Position numbers and translations under genes: made by a program. Positions 50,614-63,102 of a stretch of 64,000 nucleotides of DNA are shown one piece after another. The DNA is from Octopus sinensis (Eukaryota): the NCBI RefSeq assembly GCF_006345805.1, contig NC_042999.1:118172001-118236000 (forward strand). The letters run 5' to 3'. Under the pieces are notes generated by a model. That model was not told the DNA's origin. It saw only the letters and a program-made list of their open reading frames with translations, and did not search any database. Numbering within the stretch: position 1 is the first letter of the stretch; every line of letters begins with the position of its first letter.

Positions 50614-50790
50614 ATATATATATATATGCAGATGGCACAGGCATAATTGTGTGGTTTGCAATCTTGTTGTTTTAGGTTCAGTACCAGAGCACTGCGGAAG
50701 ATTCTGTTACTATAGCCTTGGGTTGACCAATGCTCTCCGAGTGAATTTGGTGAATGGAAATTGGAAAGAAGTTATTGTAAATATACACAC

Positions 50791-50833
<43 letters not shown>
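50165..50833. repeat. 308-bp tandem duplication (microsatellites plus the 5' half of a diverged SINE A)
   Basis: Unique parts 50320-50487 and 50628-50795 look identical. Confidence 0.9.
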
Positions 50834-50835
<2 letters not shown>

Positions 50836-51050
50836 AAGTTAATCCAAACATGAAAACACAAAGAGAAAACACAACAATGCGAGGACGTGGAACAAATACA
50901 GTATTATTGGACGCTCAGGAAGGAAGGGAAGAAGGAGGGTTTTACGTTTTGAGCGGAGCTCTTCGTCAGAAACATAGGAAAAGGAAGGATCCAGAGAAGG
51001 GTGGATGGAGGAAAAAAAATCGCCAACGGTACACACGTGGTCACATTTTG
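50834..51050 (-). mobile_element. PLE pseudo-LTR remnant with a hammerhead-like motif at 50939-50973
   Basis: Minus strand reads gttt-CTGACGA-A-gagc(tcc)gctc-AAAA-cg-TA-aaac. The 3' end abuts (TA)n. Confidence 0.72.
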
Positions 51051-52559
51051 AAGTTGCACCAGTCTACTCATCTGTCACTGTCTTGTTGGACTTGCAATGG
51101 GCATAAAGGAATTGTTTGAAAAAGCTTGTATAAAATTTATACATAATGTTTAAGTAAGCAATGGCTCCATAGTTTTCTGCCAAATCAGTATTACCATTCT
51201 TAGCTACAAATTAGACTGTGCTATGGCAAGCTATTGGTACGTCAGTCTGGTCTTCCATAATTCTCTTAAATATGTATATAAGTAACTTTCTATAGAATAT
51301 CATATCTTCTGCCAATATCCGATTATTAGGTCACTTCCTGGTACTTTCCCAACATGCAATTTTGCTACAGCTTTCACAAAAGTTTCAAAGTTGATTATGT
51401 AAGTTTTACTATTGATATTGTTACAGCATCCTTCTTGATTGCATCAATCCAAGATGCATTCTGATTAAAATCAGTCTTTTCATTCCAGATCTAACCATGA
51501 AAATGATTTAAGATCTTAATGAAAACGGTTCTTTTTATGAAGATATTGATTTTCTTCATTCTTCCTTCTTCATTGTATAGCATTGGATCAGAAGTAACCT
51601 GATTAATTATGAATTGTAGCATTTTTTTAATAAAAAATGTTCAAGTTATGAAAAAAGGTTCAACTCAGTGTCTTGAGTTTGTATTTTAAAGTTATTAATC
51701 CCCACTCAAAGATTAGAAATGTGTAATATTCATATATTTTTGTTAATTTTTCCCAAGTTGCAGTTGGTGATTGTGAACTTTGTCATTTTATATTTCATTT
51801 AATTAAGTCTAATTTTACAGCACATGTTAAAATTTTCTTCTTGTTTTGTTACCAAAATAGTGTGTGTGTGTGTGTGTGTGTGCATGTGTGTGAATGCATA
51901 CATACATACATATACATATGTATATATGCATAATGGTATGTATCCATGCTTGCACTTACGTATGTATGTGTTTATGTATGTGCATATGCATGCTTGTGTG
52001 TATCTATGCCTTGACTTTATTAGTATTCTTCTGAGGAGGGTGCTAGTGCCTAATAAAGAAGCAAAAAACTTCATCACTGGAATTTGGATAAAACCAATGA
52101 TAATCGTTACATATAAAACTGAAGTAAAGTCTTGCATAATTTCACAATTCCACTTACTGATTGTATCTGTAAAATGCATGTTGGCGGATGTCTTTATTTG
52201 CTTGAAAATCCTTGCTTTTCCAGATTGTTGGTTAAACATTCATTAACATAGTAAAGCATGCCAATGGTTATTGGTGTGAATGTAAATTTATAATCAGAGT
52301 AGAGGAGCTGCTCATTTGAAAGTAGTTGTTCATAAATACCATCCAACTCACTGGTTTTGGAAAGATGTTCACATCTTCAGGGCAGCTGATCTTTATGACT
52401 GCACCTGACTTTTCTTTTCAGTCCCAAATATGGTTTGCACTTGGTAGAAGTTTTGATGTGAATGTTCAATCATTGTTTCATGTGTTGATGTGTAGGTATT
52501 CAATAGCAGAAATGCTTATATTTATTACAGAACAGTTTTTTCTCTCTGTACATCCATGT

Positions 52560-54330
52560 CAATGAATATTAGAAATCGGGGTCAAGTCCTCATCCTACAG
52601 TTGTCTTGCTAAGAAGTTTACATCCATAGTATTATTTCTAGGCATGAAACCAAACTGCATCACATCTAGGTCTAGTCTACTCTATCATGGATCAATTATG
52701 CTATAACTCTCCCTGTGACCTTCATAATCTGATCCAGAAGTTTGATTCCTCTATAATTTCCTCTCCCTAAGGCATCTTCTTTGCTTTTTTAGTAGTTTAC
52801 GATGATACTGCTATGCCAATCATTAGATATGACACCTTTCTGGTGGAATTGAATAACTGTCTTGGTGGTGATCATATATATTATCTTGCCAGATATTTTG
52901 AGCACCTCAGCAATGCAACTTTCACTGATGAACCCACAGTTTTTCCTTTATATATGGTTTTGATTACTACCACAGGAAAAAAAACAAGTGCTGTAAATAG
53001 CAAAACCTTTCCTGTCAAAGAATGCACAGCATAACATACTACCACACTGCTATCAATTTAAATTGCTGGTTTCTCTGTAGGATCACCGTAAGGTAGCAAA
53101 TCTTTATGCTATGCATTCTCCACATTCTGCATCCTCTCATAATAACACTTATGATACTTGTCTTTCATATCAACAGCAAGTATACCTTCATCATTCCAAA
53201 GATGTCTTGGTTCATTCTCACACACTGTCTCACAATCCTGAAGTCTTCTTATTTCTGATCCTCACATTGCTGTAATCACCCAAATCTCTTTCTTTCTTAG
53301 CCAAATATACTGTTGCCTAGCTGCCCTTCTTGTTATTTGATAATGCTCCCTACTACTACCTTTCTACTAGGTTTCAAAGCCTATCTCTTACACCTTATCA
53401 ACCATATCGTTACACACACTACTTTAGGTTGGCTGGGACTTTGCCTCAGTCACATTTTTTATCTATAGTCCAAAGCAGATTGTTTCATAGAACTTCCTAA
53501 TTGCCATCTATGATAAACATATCTAGAATTTCACTAAATCATCTATTCCCAATTGCAGTATCTTTTATGTTATATGTCTTCCTTCTCCATACTGTTTTTC
53601 ATTTTGGTGTCTGCCTTCCTGTGACTCTGAAAGCATTAGCCACAAAGTATGTTATGCTGTGCATTCTTTGACAGAAAAGGTTTTGCTATTTACAGCACTT
53701 CTTTTTTTTTTCCTGGAGAGAATGTAATCTGTATGACTTGTGTGTTCACCCAATTGGTAGATGATTAAATGGTTGGCTTCTTTCCTAAAGTGTTCATTGC
53801 AAAATTTTAGCTCAATTGCATCATGGAATTTCTGGAGCCTTACAAACACCCTATTTCATGAACCATATTCATAGCCTCTATGAATGTTATAGAAGTTATC
53901 AATGTGTTAGTTAACACATCTATCAGAATCAACAGTAACAATGAAGCCCCTGTCAATCATCATTGAGATAGTCTGCAGAAGGGTCACATAAATGCAGTCC
54001 TATCTTTCTATAAGTTTTACCTGAGAGGCATATACATAAATAACCTTCATTGTTGAGTTGCCAATAACTAGATTCAATTTAATTATCCTATCACACAACC
54101 TGGCTACCTCGATTACATTCTCTATCCATTTCTCAGCCAATGGCATGCTTACTCAACACTGTTGTCTCTATTACACACGCAGATAACATTGTACTACTGT
54201 CTCTTGCCTGTGAGGAGATTAGTTGAAGATCCATTTCACCTTACCTTTTGCACACAGTATACATCCATTCATCTCCACTCCACCATTTCCACAATCTTAC
54301 CAGTGTTACCTTTCATCAGAAAGTAGAGAC
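52560..54330 (-). mobile_element. Old, heavily decayed RTE LINE (APE through early RT)
   Basis: Fragments LAEKWIENVIEVARLCDRIIK, HTSHTDYILSRK, NYRGIKLLDQIMK and LDVMQFGFMP parallel the 0.2-3.6 kb element. Confidence 0.8.
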
Positions 54331-55092
54331 TATCTTCAGGGAGAGTGCTGTTGGTGGTTAGTTGGTTTATTTTTGTTTGAAGATTTCTGCACCTGAGAAA
54401 AATAAAAATTCTTGGTCAATGCTTTGCAAGCAGGTGGTAGATTAGTACACATTATTTTTTATCACATTTAATTCGTTTATCATTTATTCCTTTGGTCATT
54501 CTTCAACACTTGCTGCATCAATAGATAAGAAGTATTCCTAATGTTATTTACATTACTGAAGTTACGGGTGCTTGGCTTTGCTGTCTCTTTAATTACCAAC
54601 GCTGGTAGGATGATATCATACGTGGAGAGAGTGGAACAGGTGAGAAAAGAGAGAAATATTTCTGGTATGGGTGGCTGGATGCATTGTGAGCAAGCATACA
54701 GCAAACTTTTATAAGAGAGGAGAAATACTGAAATTAAAGAGAAAAGCAAGCAAGCTCCACAACTTCTATAAATAAATAAATATTGTTATTAGAAAGATGA
54801 AAGCCATATTAAAGTTTAAAGAAGAGTCAAAAAAGAAAATTCAACATATAAAGTAGATAAAGCAGTGAATGAATGTGGTAGAAATTAAAAGATAAGAAAA
54901 CAAAAATTTTGGTGCTTATCTTGGCTTGTTTTCATTTTCGTTCTTCATAAATATAAGTCTGATAGTAGTAGTGTCCAAGGTGATATAATTTAAAGGGCCT
55001 ATAGTATATGAAAATGATAGGAAGCTGAGAGAGAGAGAGAGTGAGAGGCCAAAGGAAGTAGAAAGAAAACCTTACATGCATGAGTTATACTA

Positions 55093-55123
<31 letters not shown>

Positions 55124-55322
55124 TGAGCCAGCAAGTTGTAAACTTCCTTAAAAAAAAAAAATTACTTGTATTAGAAAGAACAGGACCGCATCAAAGTTTA
55201 AAGAAATATGTATATGTATGTGTGTGAGTGATTGTGTTTGTGAATATGTAGGTATCTGTATAAAAATATATAATAAAGATAATATGTGTGTGTGTGCGAA
55301 TGTATGAATGAATGTATGTTTA

Positions 55323-55709
55323 TCTCTCTCTATATAAATGGCAGTTTGTCTGTGCGTGTTTCTGTGTGTCTGTTTGCTTGTACCCTCACTCTGACCACGG
55401 CTTTCAACCGATTCTGATGAAACTTGACACACACATAGCCCAATGTCATAATTCAAAACTAACGCAGCAAAAATTTTGAAAAGTTCCCCCAGTTCAGAAA
55501 AAGATCGATAAATTCGACATGGGGTCGACAATCAGAAACACAAACCTCAGATGGTCTAGGGGACGCAACTCCGCCTTTTTAACTATCAAAAAAAAATTTA
55601 CCATCATTTTTTTTTCCATTTTTTTTGCTATTTTTTGGCTATAACTCTCTAAAAGTGCTTTATAGTTATTTCCCTTACAAACCCGAGCAACGCCGGGCGA
55701 TACTGCTAG
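55323..55709 (+). mobile_element. Non-autonomous Helitron
   Basis: A|TC...tatataaat start, 3' hairpin cccg-agcaacgc-cggg, and CTAG|T end. Confidence 0.85.
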
Positions 55710-56015
55710 TATAGGTATAAACGGCAATATATAAGTTAAATGAATTTGGAGGAAATTTATTGGAAAAAAATGTATAATTTAATGATTCCTTATATTTTAG
55801 GTATGATTCCCATCAACTGTAGAAAACAGTTGAAGAAATATCAGTGGTTTACTATTTGTTGCTATAGTCATAGTATCAACAACAGCAATAGCAACATAGT
55901 CTGTGTTAGTAGTAGTAGTAGGAGGAGGAGGTGGTGGCGGTGGAGGAAGAGGAGGAGTGGTAGTTGTAACAGTAACAGTTTTAGCAGCAGCAGTGGTATT
56001 ATTAGACATTCCTGT

Positions 56016-56340
56016 AGGGTGGTGAGCTGGCAAAATCGTTAACAGGCCATGCAAAATGCTTAGTGGCATTTCATCTGTCTTTACATTCTGAATTTAAATT
56101 CTGCCAAGATCAACTTTGTCTTTCATCCTTGATATGATTGACCTGCTGGCCTTGTGCCAAAATTTGAAACCATTACTATTATCAGTAGTATTATTATAAG
56201 GCTGCAAGATGCAGAATCATTTGCATGTTAGACGAAATGCTTAGTAGTATTTCATCTGTCACTATGTTCTACGTTCAAATTCTGCCAAGGTTGACTTTGC
56301 TTGTCTTCCTTTCGGGGTCGATAAACTAAGTACCAGTGAA
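56016..56340 (+). mobile_element. Two SINE family B copies (56016-56171, 56198-56340)
   Basis: ggtgagctggcaaaatcgtt head, and gttcaaattctgccaaggttgactttgc...tttcggggtcgataaactaagtacc. Confidence 0.75.
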
Positions 56341-56402
56341 AAAAAGTGTCAGTTCCAATCATGTACTTGGGTTAATTTAACTAATTGCAAATCAGGAACG
56401 GG

Positions 56403-56720
56403 TACAAGGTGCATTCCAGAAGTTTTGAGACATTTTCAGGAGAGACATTCATTAAGTTCTAGGAAGTGCTAAACTCTAATCCCCTTCACAGTAGGATGCT
56501 CTAACTTCAATGCCCTTTTTGTAGTGCTTCAAGCAAGTCGTGAAGGCCCCATAGAAGTTAATTTAATCTACAAGCAGTCAGGAACATTTCATAAGTCTCT
56601 GTAATGCTTTTGCCCAGCTTAACACAAAACTTGACTGCATAACAAGCTTCCAAACTTCCCAACTGCACTCTGTAAACTACACAGCTGTGACAAGTAGTGT
56701 TTTGTAGGGTGTGTTCAAAG
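56403..56720. mobile_element. Mariner-derived relic
   Basis: TA-flanked TIR-like tacaaggtgcattccagaagttttgagac. Minus strand encodes YAVKFCVKL, similar to mariner N-termini. Confidence 0.5.
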
Positions 56721-57539
56721 CGATGCTACAACCATCTTCTTCAATCTGGAATAACAAAAGTTGGCAGGTCAGCTTATTGGATGTACAGCAATGATATACT
56801 AACATCATAATGACCTAGATCAATTATAACTGCCTCTCCTAAATAGGCTCAAAATTTCTGGAAGGCATGCCATATCTTGAAGGCAGTTAAATGTTTTCAG
56901 TTTTATTCTGGTAATTCCTATAATTACAGTGGTGCTAAGATATATTTGGTTTTGCACTTCTATTAAACAATATCAATACTATGTGGAAGGGAGATCTACT
57001 ACATAGACAACATCATGTCTTTAAACTCATTTGTTCACTCCAGTATAGATATTTATAAATTATTATTTAAAATTTAGTATTATTAATACTGCCAAATAAT
57101 TTACTTTTGATGTTTGCACTGTCCTGTGTCAATACTGATTGCATTCCACTGAATTTTGTTTAATAAGTTTGTGTATGCGTGCATGTGCTCATGCACACAC
57201 ATACTGTTTTTGCTGTTATGTTTCCTGTTTGAAAATGTCCATGTTTGCATTTATGTCAACTTATACATGCTGTATTCAGCCTCCTCTCTAATCTGAATTC
57301 TGGTGGTGTTTATTTTCCTTGTTGACTTTGTTTAACTAAATTGATTTTTTAAAATATCTAGATATCAATCACTTTATGTTCCTAACTATATATCATCATC
57401 CATCCAAGGAGTAACAAGTGCCTGAAGAGGTGCGTTTTACACCTTGGATGAACGATAATAATTACACAACATTTCACCAATGTATTACAGGTATAAAAAT
57501 GTGTCAAACTAATTGTAGTGGATTTAAATAAAGATGTCT

Positions 57540-57893
57540 CCTCTCACGTTCCTTTCCCCATTTTTAGAGTTGGCACTGTTAATGTAGGCACACTGAAAAG
57601 TAGGTCTAGTGAGATTGTAGAGATGCTTGAAGAGAGACGTTTTGATGTATGCTGCATACAAGAGGTGGAGAGGAGATTCAGACAGGGTCCTCACAGGCAA
57701 GGCACATAAGTATAAAATCTTCTGGGAAGGTAACAGTGATGGAGTAGGGGTGTAGGCATACTCCTTGCGGAGAGATGGGTGGATAAGGTCATAGAGGTAG
57801 TCAGGGAATGTGACAGACTGCTTAAGCTCAGGCTAGTCCCTGGTCAAACCGTCAAACCCATGGACAACTGACACTAAATGATGATGATGATGA
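57540..57893 (+). mobile_element. Internally deleted RTE: APE N-terminus joined to the 3' tail
   Basis: RVGTVNVGTLKSRSSEIVEML...DVCCIQE and ERWVDKVIEVVRECDRLLKLRLV, then directly ggtcaaaccgtcaaacccatg...aaatgatgatgatga. Confidence 0.8.
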
Positions 57894-59467
57894 AAACGTA
57901 TATATGTACATATTTATAAATAGATATATGCATGTATTTCTGCTTTGCATTTCAATTTCGTGTATTTCTTTTTAAAAAATAGTATGTATGCATGTAAGAA
58001 GTAGATATCTGTGGGTATATAAATAGACATATGCGTATATATTTCATTTTACTTTACTATTCTGTCTTTTTCCTGCCTCCATAAAAGTAAGAATGCATGT
58101 AAGAAGTATATATATATGTGCATATACAGATACATGTGAGTATATATAAAAATATACACACATGTATCTATCTATCTACCTACCTATACATATATATATA
58201 TAACTGTAGCTGGAACATTATGTGTATGAGGGAGAAAGCATAAAGACACCTACTAATTTATTTTTTCTAGTTGTTTCAGAAAAAGCATAAAAGAGTTAGA
58301 CTATAATAAATTAACTTTAAATAGAAGATGATTTGAGTGTAGAATGGAGCCAGTTGTTTTGTCATGAAAGACAGGATAATTTACAGCTTCAAAGAAACAA
58401 AGAAACATTTGCTAAGTAGAGAAATGGTCAGTCTTCATCAATTTATCACTTTCGTATCTTTAAACACTTAATTTTATTCTTCATTCTGTTTTGCATGCTT
58501 TTCCTTATAATCTGACCATGAAGATAAAATTGTCATATCATAGTGAACCAGAACATTTTTTTTTATTTGACTATTTCTTTATTTCTGTATTTTGCATTTT
58601 GATTATAACTCTATTTTGCCTGTCATTATATCTATGGGTTTAGTTTTGTGTGTAAACTGCTGAAAATGACACACTGCTTTAGGTATGCATTTTCCTACTG
58701 AGTGAAATGACAGTAGGATCTACTGAAGGACTTATTTAAACTGTCACATGAGGAGGTGTATTTTACTCCTTCGATAGATGCAACATCTCACTAATATACT
58801 ACAGGTGTAAAAATATGTCAAAACAATTTACATCACTCATTCATTAAGTAAGGCCCCTTAGACAATTCATTCCTTAAATATTTTTATTCTTTGTTTTTAC
58901 TTGTCTTGTACTTTATTGATAGATTTAACAGACCTGGACAACGCCATTGTTTTCAAATATTAGCTGACCAATTAAGTTGTAGGATTAACTTTGGACTTAC
59001 CCTACTATTCATAAGAGTATTGAGATGAGGTTTCTGTTAATAAGTAACAAGTAATAACATCGCACTAAGGTTTTACCTAATTTTTTTTTCATTGATGTAC
59101 TTATGTATTGAACTTTCCCAAACAAGTTCACATTAAGTTAACTTTGTCAATTCCTTTTATGATACTCTATTAAATAGCAGTTAGCATCTAACTTTTGACC
59201 CCTGTGATATGGACCCTCCCATTAAACTCACTCCACAACGTCTTACGTTCACTATTTCCCCCAGTAAAATTGAAATACAGTGTAACTCTCATAACCTGTG
59301 GAAATTACTCCTGGAAGTGACTTTCTTTACCATAAGATGTAATTCCATGGATTATGGCTATTACCTTGGAATTGACGTTTTTACCACTCGTTACTATTTC
59401 TATTATGTTATTTTATTTTATCACATTATTTTACCTTACTTCCTCACATTAGATTCCTAACATTATT

Positions 59468-59614
59468 GTCTCTCTGATGAAGCCTTGGGTCTCAATCATT
59501 GTCCAACCCCTGTCCAATGTTTGTTCAACCTTTGTAAAATCCCTGTATATCACTGGTGGGATGTGGAAAACTTGGCAGATTGGGCAACCCCATGGTAGAA
59601 ACAGCTGTAAGCAT
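59468..59614 (+). ncRNA. Degenerate type I hammerhead with a long stem II insertion
   Basis: CTGATGA at 59474, agccttggg...cccatggta, then GAAA-c agct g-TA-agca. Stem I pairs only partly. Confidence 0.5.
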
Positions 59615-59719
59615 TTAGTATTTCTTCACTCATTCTAATTCATTTATTTTTATTTATCTATTTATTTACTTGTTTATTTGCTTATTTCATTCATTTATTT
59701 AGATTACTTATGCATATGC

Positions 59720-60090
59720 TGTTCGTGACAGAACCATCCATTCGTGACCGTTGCCAGCGCCGCCCCGACTGGCCTCGTGCCAGTGGCACGTAAAAAGCAC
59801 CATCCGTTCGTGTCCATTGCCAGCCTCGCCTGGCCCCCGCGCCGGTGGCACATAAAAAGCACCATCCATTTGTGGCCGTTTGCCAGCTCTGTCTGGCACC
59901 TGTGTGGGTGGCACGTAAAAAGCACCCACTACACTCACGGAGTGGTTGGCGTTAGGAAGGGCATCCAGCCATAGAAACACTGCCAGATCTGACTAGGCCT
60001 GATGAAGCCTTCCGGCTTCACAGACCCCAGTTGAACCGTCCAACCCATGCTAGCATGGAAAACGGATGCTAAACGATGATGATGATGATG
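59720..60090 (+). mobile_element. RTE 3' UTR copy with three subrepeats
   Basis: Three ggtggcacrtaaaaagcacc cores, and tail ccgtccaacccatgctagcatgg...aaacgatgatgatg. Confidence 0.85.
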
Positions 60091-60869
60091 ACTGTAATCA
60101 GTTCATAAATATATATAATTGAATGTTTACAGTTTGAAGTTTGTCGATTGTTTATCCTCATCCATTTTCTTATTTGCCTTATATATATATATATATGTAC
60201 ACATATATGTATATTTGTGTGTGTGTATGTGTGTGTGCATATCTGTGTGTGCATGTGTGTTCTAACACCTGTCTTTAAGTAATCACTTCCTGCTTGATAG
60301 TTAAACTGTAATTGTTCATAAAAATTATTTTGTGCATTTTGTCTTTTGACTAGCATGTTACAATTTATTTTATTCTATACTATATTATTATTTTTCTTTT
60401 ATTTAATATCCTGAGGAAATTTATTGCACAAATAAATTTTCCTCTGGCTAATTAGGATGTTTTCATTTTACACGTAGAGCACAATGTAAATTAAATTAGG
60501 GTTTCAAAAAGGTTTTTTCCCCCCTATTTCTTTAATTGAAATTTAAATTATAATGTAATATTAATTAACTCTGTCAGGTTCAAACCATATTTTATTTTTG
60601 AAAACTGGAGTTAATGATAATAAAAATGGACCTGGAAATGATGATGATATTGAAGATGAAGTGGGTTACTAGTCTGTTGGGGTTGTTATGGTAAGGATTA
60701 TAATAACAGTGATATTGATGCAACCACCACCTCTCATGATGATAACAACTACGATGACAACAATGACAACGTTGGTGATACTTTAGTTAAGATATAACGA
60801 CACTGGTGGTTGTACTAAGGGAGGTAAATAATGAAAATGATATTTGTAACAATGATCATCATAATCATC

Positions 60870-61110
60870 ATCATCATTATTATCATCATCGTTTAATGAC
60901 CTTTCTCTATGCTGGCATGGGGTAAATGATTTGACTGGGGCTGATGAGCTGGCGAGTTTGGCATGGCTTCTATAGCTGGATGCCCTTCCTAACACCAACC
61001 ACTCAGGAGTGTAATGGGTGCTTTTATGCGCCACCAGTATTGGTGCCATTTACACGACACTAGCAATGACCATGACTTTGATTGATGGATGGGTGCCATT
61101 TACATGCATT
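60870..61110 (-). mobile_element. RTE 3' UTR copy, diverged
   Basis: catcatcgtttaatgacc...gctggatgcccttcctaacaccaaccactc. Confidence 0.65.
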
Positions 61111-61639
61111 TTTTTCTTTTCTTTTCTTTTTGGATTTTACATATTTAGTTTAGCAGAAGGGACAGTACTCATGGTCTTTGCAGTCTCTTGAAGACTAACA
61201 AAACTGAACTGTTAACTTCCTGCCTAGACTGCTGCAAGTCATCAACTGCAGGAAAGAAGAGGAAATTTCAGAGAGATGTTATTCTGGGAGGAAAGATAGA
61301 GTATAAGGATTAGTGCAGGATGAGATGTTGACACAATATGGATGATGATGGGAAAAGAGACGAGTGTGTCTAGAGTACTTGAGATGTCATGAGAACACCA
61401 TCTTAGTGGAATGGATGCTGTTGTAGTTGGAAATGATAAGGCAGAGAGAGGAGATAGCTTATATGTGGACCACAGGTCTAAGTGCTTTTGTGGGAGAATT
61501 TATGCCATTTAGTCAAGTAGCACTTCTTTGGACATTGACATTTATTGAATACAAGACAGAATTTTGCAAAAAAAAAAAAGGATTTTAACTTAATGCATAT
61601 AACCTGTGGTAAATTTTCAGAGTAGTTCAATTCCTCTGA

Positions 61640-61830
61640 GAACATCCATGCATCCATCCATTATTCTATCCATTCATCCATCCATCGCTCCATCCATCCA
61701 TCTCTCCATCTATCCATCCATCCATCCATCCATCCCTCTATCCATCCATCTCTCCATCCATCCATCCATCCATACATACATACATACATACATACATACA
61801 TACATACATACACATACATACATACATAGA
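61640..61830. repeat. (CATC)n-(CATA)n array
   Basis: Directly visible. Confidence 0.95.
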
Positions 61831-62460
61831 TGCACTGCATTTTTAATATTCACATCAAAATACCATCTCACATTCCATATTTGCCATCCACCTCTACAAC
61901 CAAATCACGTCAATATCCAGTTTAATTGCCAACACTATTTTCAGTCTCTCAATGCTGCAGTTAGATATTCAGCATAAAACCCTCATTGATTCTATCATCA
62001 CCATCACCATCATCAACAACAACAACAACAGCAACAGCAGCATCAGAAGCAACATATTACATCATTAACACTAACACAACTACCTCTACACCATAATTTT
62101 CTCTGTCCTCTTATATTTATTATAGAACAAATAAACTTTCATATAAAATCATACTTCTAAAAGTATTTTTTATATAAAATCATACTTCTAACATGATTGC
62201 TATCATATCTTTATATCTTCCTAAACATTCCTCAGTTGAAATAAATAAGTAACTAAATAAATAAATGATTGAATAAGTTAATTCAGAGTCTTTCATTCTG
62301 TACTGATAAATGAAGATACTGAAAACTAACCAGAAATAGGTTTCCACAAAAGAAGCAACATTAAAGTAAGAGTCAAAGAATTTTTTCCTCAGCAAGCATT
62401 AAAACACATTCAGCAATTCCAGAATTTGGTTTTGAGATATGGAAATGTTAAAGGTAACTC

Positions 62461-62474
62461 TTTTTTTCTTTCTT

Positions 62475-62528
<54 letters not shown>

Positions 62529-62545
62529 CCTTCCTTCCTTCCTTC

Positions 62546-62579
<34 letters not shown>

Positions 62580-62633
62580 CTTTCTTTCTTTCTCTTCTTT
62601 CTTTCTCTTTCTTTCTTTCTCTTTCTTTCTTTC

Positions 62634-62672
<39 letters not shown>

Positions 62673-62847
62673 CTCTCTCCTTCTTTCTTCCTTCCTTCCT
62701 TCCTTCCTTTCTTTCTTTCTTTCTTTCTTTCTCTCTCTCTCTCTCTCTCTTCTTTCTTTCTTTCTTCCTTCCTTTCTTTCTTTCTTTCTTTCTTTCTTTC
62801 TCTCTCTCTTTCTTTCTTTCTTCCTTCCTTCTTTCCTTCCTTCCTGC

Positions 62848-62878
<31 letters not shown>

Positions 62879-62948
62879 TATTCCTTCCTTCCTTCCTTTC
62901 TTTCTTTCTTTCTTTCTTTATTTCTTTCTTTCTTTCTTTCTTTCTTTA
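62461..62948. repeat. ~490-bp polypyrimidine tract of (CT)/(CTTT)/(CCTT) repeats
   Basis: Directly visible. It explains the F/S/L-rich ORFs. Confidence 0.97.
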
Positions 62949-63102
62949 TTCATCAAGCCCATGTTGAATTGAATAAAGCAAGTCACCAATGGATTATCAT
63001 AAATATAAAACACATTTCAAACAATAATTTTGTTTGACATCACAAGTTTTACGTGTGCTTCTACCTGTTTGTATATGGATGTAAGTTTGTGTGAATGTGT
63101 AG

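Noticed and set aside
49866-50872. Many 60-156 aa ORFs rich in Y/I/C/V (also at 5231, 6111, 23801, 38225, 48289, 49073, 62426)
   Set aside because: Translations of (TA)n, (GT)n, (AAT)n, (AGT)n and (CTTT)n microsatellites.
51340-51700. Possible decayed R4/Dong internal segment (IWNEKTDFNQNASWIDAI on the minus strand)
   Set aside because: Single weak motif with many stops, not enough to call without a profile search.
57421-57450. CTGAAGA-ggtg...cacc upstream of the RTE 5' fragment
   Set aside because: No GAAA or stem III follows, so it is not a hammerhead. An HDV-like fold could not be evaluated by eye.
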